A stretch of DNA of 64,000 nt from NCBI GenBank assembly GCA_046563655.1, contig CM102290.1:1054001-1118000 (forward strand). The letters are read 5' to 3'. Positions 43,333 to 54,539 of the stretch are shown here, one piece after another. The stretch is from Yuukianura sp. NJ FZ-2021. Taxonomy: Eukaryota. The notes under the pieces are model-generated. The model was not told the origin of the DNA. It did no database searches and saw only the letters and a list, made by a program, of their open reading frames with translations. Every line of letters begins with the position of its first letter. The stretch's first letter is position 1. The translations under genes and the position numbers were made by a program.

Positions 43333-43709
43333 GAAGCCAGAGAAAAGTGCCGACTCGTCCTCTGGCTTCTGTTCTTGACACCTAAGAAATTCAAATTCAA
43401 TTTACAAAAAAAAAGACCTCGTCCCTTGTGGCCATTACAAGAGACGAGCGTCTTTTTCAAAATTTTGAAAAAAAGATACGGTTTTAGCCTGAGTATTTTT
43501 TTTTATCAGTTAAGCTACTAATCCTAACTTATCCCAGTCACACCGAAACTCTATCACACCTTTGGAAAAGCAGAAGGAAGAGAGAAAGTGCCGACCTTTC
43601 TCTCTGCTTTCTCTTCAAATGATTACATACTTTAATGTTTAACATTTTTGTTAAGTAGATTACGGAGGTCATAGAGGTCAGCACTCGTGCCGAGAAGTGC
43701 TGTCCTCTA
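43333..43709 (-). promoter_or_regulatory. Three stem-loops sharing a UCGGCAC loop motif in the presumed exchanger 3' UTR (43333-43369, 43579-43605, 43672-43709)
   Basis: Stems on the + strand are GAAGCCAGAG/CTCTGGCTTC, AGAGAGAAAG/CTTTCTCTCT and TAGAGG-CAGCACT/AGTGCTG-CCTCTA, each enclosing GTGCCGA. Function is inferred. Confidence 0.55.
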
Positions 43710-44013
43710 CGTTAGCTCCAATTCCATATGGAACTTCACAAACAAATGACTTAGGGCAAGAGTTCAATAGCTTGATTCAATAGTTTCAGAACTGACGATG
43801 AGATGAGTAAACATAGTTAGCTCTAGTAAATAGGTTCAAATAACTTAATAATTAAGAGTTTCAAGGGACCTTGTGAGAATGAGCCTCAGTTGTTGAGTCA
43901 GGAGAACTAAAATGTTGATGTTTTTTTTCTGAAAATATGAGGATCATGGTAGCAATTAAAGCGAGGAAAGGAGAAAGGTCAAGGGCATGCTGCTCCCTTA
44001 GTTTGTAGTGTTT

Positions 44014-47000
44014 TTAGTACTTGCTGGGACACTCTGGTGGATTGAACTCGGCGAAGACGTTGAGTTCATAGAGTGATGCGAAAATCATAAAGAACAAGTA
44101 CCAGACCATGAGGATCACACCGTACTTTTTGTCCAGTTTCCATCCATTGTAGTGTGTGGCAATAAGGAGAAAGGCCACTGTTGACAAAAGTGACAGCGTT
44201 GAATACACAAGACCTACGTTGAAAAAAAAAGGATCAAGTTTACCAAAAGTAAAACTGTGTTTACAAAACTTTTTTAAGAAACGGTTCCCAGGAGAAAGGA
44301 GAAAGTAACGTTATGAACTTTGATGGAAGCGATAGGTCATATCTACCGCCATACCACCGTGTATTAATGAGAGTTCCACCACAGAACAGGGGTTCCCCAC
44401 CAATTGATTGTTAATTAGTCTCTGTCACACCTTTGCTATAGACGCGGACTGTTCCTCCTGGATGAATGATAACCGTGGATAGAAACCAGGGTAAACCGAG
44501 GCAGACTAGAATATCAAAGACATTGGATCCCACGGCATTGGAAACAGCCATGTCCCCTTGTCCTGGAATCACAAAGCAAACCATGGCAACGGAATCTGAC
44601 ACTCTCCTTCCAAGTTCACCTTACTCAAGGGTCCTTGACAACGAAGAGTTAATTTTCTTTAACAGGTTGGGTACTACCGCTTGTTGACAGAAAAGTGAAA
44701 AACAAGAACAAAAATTGGTACCAATTTTAGTACCACTCCGAAAAATTGCTACCAATTCTTATGCAAAATTTAAAAAACTCGGCTGTATTATTATGACTAC
44801 GATGTCCTGAAATGAAGACACTTTTTCTTTGCCAAATCAAAAAAAAAATGATGTATTACCCAACCTTTTAAAGAAAATCAAAATCAAGACACCTTGCTTA
44901 CCATCTTTTAATACTGCTAGTGAGGACAGAGCGTCTGGAACGCTGACTCCAGCCGCAACGAAAGTTAACCCCATCACTGTATCTGGAATACCCACGGTGA
45001 AACCTAAAAGGGAACCAGAGACAAATCGGACATAAAACGGCGCAGGCCTAACCAAAACCTAATGAAGTCTTTTCATTGGACAAAACTCTCTCCGGTTTCC
45101 TTTTAGCGGCTACACTCAAAAGCCACTTCAAACAAAATGCTTTGTCTACACAAACTCGTAATTAACTTTCCTTGTCCGTCAAACAACAGTCATTAGTTGG
45201 AGGTCTCGAAGGTCCATAAAGACTGTTTTGGTCACAAGCGCATGCGCCGATTCAACTTACCGACAACAGTTATGGTCCAGACCATGATATAGGAGAAGAT
45301 TGCGATCCAGATCATGGAGATGGTAAAGGTGACGAGGTACCACGTTCGCCACTTGTCCATACGACAGTCGGGTACGGTGTAGTACAGGAGATATACCAGC
45401 GGCAGTGACACGCTCCACAAAAACTTCTTCCAGATGCTGTCACCTTTCGGTGGCTCAAATTGAGACAGAATGGTCTCCATGGGACGTCCATGCACTTTCT
45501 TAGCACCTCCAAACTCTGAAGTTCCTGAACCCAAAATTCCATTAGTGTCACCAGCCCCACTGCGACTAACATTTAAAGCCATCGTCTAAGGGATTGAATA
45601 GGAAGGAGATCGGCATTTGGAGCGCTAGCGGACTGATTGGATTGAAGTAAAGAGGGAATTGGGGATTTCTAGAATAATCCCTATTTACTAAAATGACGCC
45701 AACTTATTTTCATTTTGACGCGTCAAGAGCTAAACTTGCCATGAATCTCTGCATTACGCAGCTCAACGTTCCCTTCCTACCGCTTATTGGGGCTTTGAAA
45801 GCAGAAAAAACCGGGAGAGTTTAAGTTTAAAAAGATAAGATTCTAAGATATCCTGAATACTTGGAAATTCTGAAAGTTTTTTATAGTACTCGGTTTTTAA
45901 AGAAACGTTACACGAGATAGGAATTGGGGAAAATGATTTTAAAAATTCATTTTAAAAGTTTTTTTTTCAAAGGTTTCAGTTAGTTTACACCTTTTGTCGT
46001 GTAACAGGATAGTAACAACATCAAGGAAAATTTTAAAGCTTCTAAAAAAATTTAAAATATGAGTGCAAAAGTAGTACAGAAAAACATTTTTTTTTGATTC
46101 AACTCTATTTGAACTCTATGTGGTTACTTCTTATACGATTAGTTTTTTTTTTGACAAAATCCGTAAATCTGTTTGATATTTTTTTTATCCCAAGATATTG
46201 ACTGCTTGGCAACACCAATCAAAGCAAAGGAAAGGTGCTCCTTCCTGTGATGTACGTTAAACGAAAGCATGCACCTTAAATCCGAAAGGTGTAGGAAATT
46301 TTCAGATACAAAAAAACTACTTTCTCCATGTCCTACCATATCATTCGTTACTTTCTTTTGTAAAGAAAAACTCCCGAATTTGTGTCGTTGCCTAGAGATG
46401 TTTTCTTTTGTGAAAAATGGGCCTAAACTTTTCTTTTCTAGAAACTTGGAAAATTTATGGGACGCGTAAAGTTTTTGACTAGAAAACAAATTTGGATTTG
46501 AAACATAATTTTCGTTTTCTTCTACATACCAGCAGCCATACTTTCGTTTTTTTCGTCCAATCCGCTCTCCTCTCCTTCGGTGGACTTGTAAGTGACAACT
46601 TGGGCACTGGCGTTCTGGAGTTCCTTGGATTCACTGCTTGCCACTTGCGGAACGTGGACGGGAAATGGAACGGGCAGAGTGTTAGCCCAGGCTTCAAGCA
46701 AATCATTGATGTACATCACGTAGCAGTAGACGCCATAGAGCAGGAGCAGAATAATTGATTCATACCTATCGAAACCAAAGAACTGGGCATCTCAATCCTG
46801 TTTTCAGTTTTGAACAACACTCCCATGTCGTCACGTTCCTAACTAGGACGCAAAGGTCCACCAGCCAACGAGGAACATGGCAACTTTCTCTCTCCTTTGA
46901 ACTGCTTAAATAATGGTCTCGAATTTTTCGTCCTTGTTAGTTGCAAATCGTTAAAAGAAAACAGTTTTTCAAAATCGTAATTTGATGTATCTACTGTCGT

Positions 47001-49524
47001 TTTCAAAAAAAGCAAATCATATCTTTGAAAAGGCTCTGAACATAATCCAACTGGAGTAAAAATTTTCCACAGGACAACTCCACGGTTCGGTTCAAACCAA
47101 AGCTATTCTAGTCTTATTTCAAAACGAATTTTAGAAGAACATAGACTTACCATTGGATGGTTTCGTCCGCAATGGTTCCCAGAAGAGCGAGAATACTGAC
47201 CATGTAGAAGAAGCAGTCTCGAACGAGTGGCCACCAGTTGAGGTACAGAACCTGCGTAGTCATAAGCCCACATAAGCTGATTACAAACATGATGTTGAAA
47301 ACGGCCGAGCCAATGACGCCGGACACTCCAATGTCATCCTGTAAATGGTAAAAGAGCAAAATTTATTTCAATCTTACAAAATGGAAAACACCCAAGAGCA
47401 TTCCCAAATTCAATTTTAATTTTTTTTTAAAAGATACATCTTCCGCACAAAATTGGAGGCAGAGGAAGCAATAAAACGGCTGCACAGAAAATCACGAGCG
47501 ACGGAAGACAGCGAGGAAATTGAATAGGAGAAAGTTGGCTCCTGACTTTGTTTCAAATGAGTATGAAGTAGGCGGGGAGTAACTGCTGAGATTGACTCTT
47601 GAGAATCACTACGTCTAAAAAGTTAATTTCAAAAGTAGTTAATTAAAGCCTCTCTCTGTCGCTTTTCCATTTTGGTAGTGGGAAACAGCAGTAGAAAGTT
47701 TCCTCTGACTCAAACGACCCTGGGAAGATAAGTGAAAGTTTATGGCCCTTTAGATACTGCAGTTGCCAGGGTTTCCAGAAAATTTTGTTTTCCTTACATT
47801 GAATACAATGTACACGTAGACAGTTTTAGTGGCGAACCTTTTTATAGAAGAAATTTGATCAACATTGTAATACTTAAATTAGTTTTGGTTACTGTTAAGC
47901 TGAGATGTGTACTGCAGATTTTTAAATTCAATGTTTGATTCAGATTTCTAAAATTTCAAACTGCAAAGTATACCGTCATCATAAAAAACATAATTTTACG
48001 CCCTCGAATTCTTCAGAAATTTGAAATTTCCGCGGAGTTGGAGATTGGCGGGATCCAAATAAGGTTATGATGACGTTGCTAAAGTAGTCGTAAGGTTTGT
48101 GTGTCACCCAGAAATGGTCCATTTTCCCTTAGACCTGGCGTATCCTGAACTGAGGCCAGAAAGAAAAAAGTATCTCCAGAATTCATTTGAGTCTGTCTAA
48201 GAATTGAGTTTCTCCAAAGCCTCCTATCATCTTGCCAGACCTTGTCAAAGTCTATTTGAGCAAAAACTATTATCTAAAATCTCTTTTTCTTTTTTAAGCC
48301 TCTCATTCTTCAGCCCAGTGCCCACTGACCTCTGTGACTAAAGCCTCGTGTTCCTAAAAACGGAGGGCATAAAGCCACGTTCTTCTACTGTTCCATTCGT
48401 ACGAATTCCCTTAACGTAACTTTCTCCAGACTCACTACAAAGCCTGGATGTCAGTCAGTGGTCACTCTGCACTGTATCCAAAATGGATTTTTATATCAAA
48501 ATCAAAAACCATTTCATGCCTATCCACCATTTTTCATGTTTTCAACATGATTGAATCTGGATCCTCGTTTTTTCTAAAACTTTCGATATAAATCTCACAC
48601 TCAAACTCCCTTTTTAAAGTGAAAAAGGAATCTATAAAAAACAAGAATTTTGAAAAAGAAGAGATTTTGATCTTGCAATAAACTCCTAAAGTTAAATTTG
48701 GGAACTAACTAAATCTTCAAAAAAAATTTCACAATTCCACAAAAGAGTGTTCCTAAATTTTGAAAAAAATGTTTATAACTTACGTGTGCGATAAAGACGC
48801 CTATTAAAGCTGTTGCTAGTTCTGGAGCAGATGATCCAGCAGCCATGAAAGTTGCTCCAGCTACATCCGGAGAGATTTTGAATACTGAAATGCGAATAGA
48901 ACATGACTTAACATAGAGTTTGTACGTTTGAAAACCATTCGTTGGAGACATCCCAAAGTATTTACATTTTTTCAAAAAAAAAAGAAGGAATTTTCTTTCT
49001 TGAAATTTTGTTCACTTACTTTCACAAAGGATCTCCAATGATGGAACAAAGAATTCATCACAGACGATTGCAACTGCGAGGAAAGTGTAAGCAGTGACAA
49101 GAATGTACATGACGATCCCACCGTGTGCTCGCACGTTTTGCGACATCCATGGGCGTGGAAATTGTTCAATAGCTGGATGGCGGCCGGATGGACAAGCATA
49201 TGGATCTTGCATAGTGCGTCAACAAATAGAAATCCAAAATCATGTTTTCAAAATTATCATTTAAAAACATAAGAACTGACCTTCCTTTGTTGCATTTTTG
49301 GTTTCTGGTTTTGTTGTACTCTGAGTCTCGGTCTTGTCCTTGTCTCCAACTGGTTCCTGTGTGACTGCTACTGTTGTTGGTGTTTGTGTTCCATTTGTTT
49401 CTTCAAGTCCTGGAGCGTGACCTGCCCTAGACTTGATAGCCGACAAGGCAATGCAGAGTCCAACAATGACATAGAAGGCTGGTCTTGACCTTTGCTTTAT
49501 TCTCGTCCGTCCTGGACGATCCAT
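44014..49524 (-). CDS. K+-dependent Na+/Ca2+ exchanger (SLC24/NCKX, Drosophila CG1090-like); exons 49524-49281, 49205-49020, 48884-48784, 47338-47151, 46765-46530, (45792-45758 tentative), 45585-45261, 45003-44902, 44562-44431, 44213-44014
   Basis: Alpha-1 repeat [10 protein letters not shown]...[19 protein letters not shown]...[25 protein letters not shown]; alpha-2 repeat [20 protein letters not shown]...[25 protein letters not shown]-terminus NPPECPSKY. The ATG directly follows an acceptor AG, so upstream exon(s) are likely. Confidence 0.93.
44626..44896 (-). mobile_element. CAAGG-TIR MITE, subfamily B, in an exchanger intron
   Basis: Ends are CAAGGG / ACCTTG. It is a reverse-complement match to 54260-54539 along its length (CCTTGACAACGAA.AGTTAATT, TAACAGGTTG, AATTGGTACCAATT, TATGACTACGATG). 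Confidence 0.82.
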
Positions 49525-49761
49525 CTGTAAAAGTTGACGTAAAATGAAATGGGAGTCACAAAGTTAACATGAAGGTAACCTAAGAAAAACCAAAAACTGG
49601 AGGCATAATTTTTTCTTTTGGACGGTATCAGCTAGCTTTTCTGGATACACTGGATGAACTTTCGTCCAGGACTCAAATGTGGTTCGTACCAAATTAGTTT
49701 TTTTCGTGGTTTCTGGCATTGTGAATCCTATTTCCCCAGCGTTCCAGAAACCACAAACGTA

Positions 49762-49972
49762 GCATGCCATAATCTAGGCAACAAAAATCTAAGCACGCCA
49801 AAATCTAAGCATACCAAAACCTGGGTATGGGTTTAAGGTGATTCAACTATAGGTTCGCAACGTTAGGTAAAGTTTTGTTAGGTTAAGTGTGATTTGATTC
49901 CTAGTTACAAAATATAATCTGCTTAGATTGTAGGTTGCTTGGATTTTGGCTTGCTTAGAATTTAGCATGGAC
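49762..49972. mobile_element. MITE-like element with inverted subterminal AATCTAAGCA repeats
   Basis: Three AATCTA(A/G)GCA units on the left and three TGCTT(A/G)GA(T/A)T units on the right, bounded by CATGC / GCATG. Confidence 0.6.
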
Positions 49973-52900
49973 TTACCACAAGGGCATAGGAATGATACGT
50001 GAAAGTAATTAATCTAGCAAAGACCGCCCACAATTTTTGCGACGAAGCACTGCGGAATCTTTCTACTTCTCCTTAGGTTTAGAAATTGTTTGAAAGAGAA
50101 TATGTTTCAGCGAGAGAAAGTTTTGAGAGGAAGTGGTGCGTCTGGAGTGAAAGTACAGAAACAATGCTATCATCAAATTTCCTTTTTGTTTGAAAACTAT
50201 TTCTTAAAATATTATGTTCTGACTTTAGTTGATTATTCTACTTCCTTTTCATCTACCTCCTTCCTTTCGTTTTGTTTTTGGAAATTTGTAAAATGAAGAA
50301 ACCTTCCAACAAAATTGCACTAAACATTTCTTTGTTTCTACAACAAATTTGTTGGAGAAATAGCTCTTCCTTTCTGTTTTCCAGCGCGTGCGAAAAGAAA
50401 TAAAGGTTTTTCTTTTTGTACAATTTTTTGCATTTCAAATAGAAAATTAACGTATAACCAGAAAATTTAATTTTAAAACTTTTAAACAAACCATTTATTA
50501 CCGGCAGTTAATTTCAACGAAAAGTTGTTAATTCTTTAGGTTATTTTGGGGGATGCTTTCCTTAATCCGTCTTATCTTCTTTTTTGGACAGTTTGACACT
50601 TTGTGCAAACAAGTCGAACAATACGGATTGTCCGTTTCGCACCCAATACTTGAAAATTCCCGAATTCTGTTTGCTTGTTTTTTTTCTCTCTCTTTTTGGT
50701 AATAGCAAACGTTCAAGTGCGTATGAAAGCCTACGAAGAGTTTTGTTTAAATTGAAATCCAAGTCCGCTCTTGTACCAACTTAGATCCTTCTATTGAAAA
50801 TTCCGGAGGAAGATTCACAGTTTTAGCGTGATGGTGGATGATGAGCGGAATGTGTTTGAAGTGCCTCTTGGCACAAATGCCAACAGTTTCAATAATGTTG
50901 TCTTTGTTGACTGTTATGGGAAACCGTCAAGTCCCATGTAAGGATTCCAATTTGGGTATTATTCATTTCCAATCTTATAGGCATGCGCAGGAGCCAACGA
51001 AGTTAAAACACTACACAAAAACCTAGGTCAAATTACTTCAAATACTAACTGAGGCCTTACGACCTCCAAAGCTCCGAATGTAATGACAAACCAACTAAAT
51101 CTGGGTTGATACTTTCAGAAGCTCTGTTAAAAATGTCAAAATGTTCTCAATAGATTTAAATCACCTCTAAGATTTAAATCACAAAGTACAATTACCAATT
51201 GCTAAAAAGCTACATTAGAGTTATTCTGACCTTTCTGTTTAGAATTCCGCGGAGAATTGTTTGTAGAAGGACGCTGTGAGTGAAGAATTGAAAGTTTTAA
51301 AATTTGAATCACAGATACGACTGAAGTTGATGAATGACACTGCTTCACCGTAAGTTCAACAACCGCTTTCAAAATTTTTAGGATTTGAAATTTTTAATTT
51401 GTTCCAGAAACTTGATTGTTTTTTCTGTTTAACGGGATTTAGTTCTTTTTACTAGAACTGATTCAGTTATGAATTTGTTGGAGAAAGATGTTTGAGCCGT
51501 GTTTATGGAGGGAGAGAAATCAGAGACCGATCTGACACGGTGCCAAACGGAGTAAGGCTGGAACATATTGGAAGGAAAGTGTAACATAGATTGTAGAAAT
51601 AAGTTCTAATAGATCCCATGTATCTTAGTTCCACTTCAACCACGGTAAAAGGAAGATGATGAAGGTCCTGGAAGATGAAGTGACGGAAGACGCATGAGCA
51701 GGAAGAGCCAGAATGTGATTCTGAAATTATATTAGGAGGTTTTCTGGAGGAGAAAGCACGGGAAATGAGGAGAAAGCACCAAATGACAACAAGGAGTCGT
51801 TAGGCACGGTCTCCACAAACAGTTCCTTAATAAACTCCCAATTACTTCCCTCTAACCTAACTTCCCGACTTCCTCAACGCTCTGTTTCAAACGAAGACTT
51901 AAGTCCATTTCGCACCAATACTTCACATGGGTAGGCCTTAAGGCTTGCCTAAAAGCGGAAGTTGACCTCTCATGACCTCGGAGAATGCCTGATTTGCAGC
52001 AATTCTGAATTTGACGAATCCTGTTTAATTCAGAAGAAAGTGGTTTTGAATATTTTAATATTTGTGAAACTCATGCTTTTATTATTCAAGTGATTGTTGT
52101 CTTCATGAGTTTTACTTCTTCTTCATGAAGTTTGTTTGTATTTTCCGTAGATTGAACTTCCAGAAGAACAATATTGAAAAGCTTTTTCATTTTTTATGTG
52201 CAATCAATGAGATTTTTTTTTAGAAAAGGAAAAGGCACTCTAGGAAATGTCAAGCTGAGTGGCACTTATCAAACAATCTCCTCCCCCATTGCGACAGAAA
52301 TGATCCAGTACAACCCCAAAGTTAGGTGCCTAATGAACCCCAACGTTCCAGAATCAAAACTCCCCAAAAATAGACGGATTTTTATGGACGATATGCCGTG
52401 AAGCAGAATCCGTCCTTAAATGTAACCTCCGGCAACGGAACTTAATACGCGTCCAAAGAGTCCTGCTACGTTCAGCATATTTAGGAATGTCTTTTGTTCC
52501 TACCGTCGTAGTAGCGTTACCACCATATTTCTAAATCCAATCTTTAGCATCTCAAGTCTTTTGTGAATTTGAACATGTTTAGCCTACTTTACATGAAGGA
52601 GCAGACAACCTAAGCGTAGATTTTGGTTTAAACTTTGAACTCCTTTGATTTTCTTTTTTGCTAGAACCTAACCTTTTGTGTAAAATCCGAAACTTCTTTG
52701 AAGACTAAAGCTGAATTTGTGGGATATGGAGGGGAGATCAGGTGAAAGTGGAGCAGGAGCAAATCGTATAAGAACTGTGTGGAGTCAAGTGTGTACTTCC
52801 GTAGAAACTATGTGGATGTCCCATGTCTCCGAGGAAAAGGAACTTCCGAAAATCTAGTCACTGTAACCTTATACAAAAAAACGGAGTTCTACTAGTCTGA

Positions 52901-54259
52901 ATAACGGATTCTTGTGGGAAATGTGTTAGTGAATCTAGATGGTAGATAAAGAGCGGGAGAAAGTTGGAGACAAACGGGTCGATACATTTGGAAGCTCCCC
53001 TACGCCTCCATTCCCACTTTCACTTCGGTTCACATCCATTCTTCGCATTCCTCCCTTTTCCGGCGGAGGCGGCTGTAAAACCTCTCACATAAAATGGGAA
53101 AAAAAACCAATATTAATTCAATTGAGCCTAATCAGTCTACAGCAACACAGTTTTTCGTACACAACACGAATCCAATTCCGTCTTCAAAGAAAACTCATTT
53201 CCCACCACTCATTTCAGACATTTTTGGTCCAGTTGTTTTTTCTTCAAGCTTGAAATGTAAATTTTTTTTTTCAAATTGAGCACTTTATCTAAGGTTAAAT
53301 TTTTTTAGAAGCCAGTTTTTTACAGTGTTCATTTTGGCAAATACTGGGATCGTTTTCAAAAAAATAGTGCAAAAAGAGTCCAAGGATGGTTGAGAAATGG
53401 AGTGTGGGATGATGCGGTCCAGCCAATTCGAATAACAACCGTCATCGTCGCTCTAGGACTCCACTGGAGCCTTTGCTGGAAGGAAGAGAGCAGTTTTTGG
53501 CAACTTCCCAACAAGTTTTATTCGGTTGAAGTGCAAGGCCTTATCCTCTCGCTCTCTTCAGTCTCCCCGGTCCTTTTGTAGGATTTTTGAGTATATGGTC
53601 CAGAGAGACTTATGTATCCCAGTATGGCTAAGGGGTTCGTCGATTAGTAATCCCTTGGTAGTCAACTACTGCCTTAAATTCTGTTGAAGATTCAATCGAT
53701 AGGGCCCATGCGCCACTTTTCTCCTCATCTCATGTTACAAATCGATCAAGGTTTCATGGAACAGCGACATTGAGGAAGTGGTTCTGGAGGGAAGGCTCAA
53801 AATGCACAAGTCAATAAGTCTTCATCCATCTTTTTAGTTTTGAACAGGGAAAGTGTTACTTCTGTTTGTAAATGACAAACAAAGTCGGAATGGGATCAGG
53901 GAGCGACAAACAGGACGACGACGCTTCGTCTCCAAGCTCCTTTCTCCACGTAGAGGCACGGACAAGAACTCAATCCTAACCTGAAGAAGTCGGAGTTGGG
54001 GAAAGTGGACTTCTGACTAACTGGGAAAGCAGGACTGAGCTTGGTGCATCTTCAAAAACCTGGCATCCCGCCAACATTTGAATCCACTTTGACCTTTTTC
54101 AGTTTCAGATTCGGAGAAAGCTCTGCTGGGAAAGTCCAGCAAATCATAGTATATTATAAATGGAAATCAAGTGGGTGGCATTACAGAGTGGTCATGAACA
54201 CTGACCAAACTCATTGTCCAAGTTTAACGCCACATAGTATTTAAAACTAGATCTTAATA

Positions 54260-54539
54260 CAAGGTTTGTTCACTTTGATTTTCCTTAACAGGTTGAGTAA
54301 TACCTCATGTTTCTTCGATTTTGCAAAAAAAAAATGTCTTTTCATTTCCGGGCATCGTAGTCATAACAATACAGCAGAATTTTTTAAATCTTGTTTACGA
54401 ATTGGTACCAATTTTTTTGGATTGGTACAAAAATTGCTACCAATTTTTGCTTTTTTTTTTCATTTTTTTTTGTCAACAAGGGAGCAGGTAGCACTCAACC
54501 TGTTAAAGAGAATTAACTTTTCGTTGTCAAGGAACCTTG
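54260..54539 (+). mobile_element. CAAGG-TIR MITE, subfamily B
   Basis: Ends are CAAGGTT / AACCTTG, with inverted internal TTAACAGGTTGAGT / ACTCAACCTGTTAA. Homologous to 44626-44896 and 5180-5290. Confidence 0.85.

Noticed and set aside
43333..43709. Smaug recognition elements or iron-responsive elements
   Set aside because: The loop is UCGGCA(C), not CNGGN or CAGUGN; it is kept as an unassigned motif instead.
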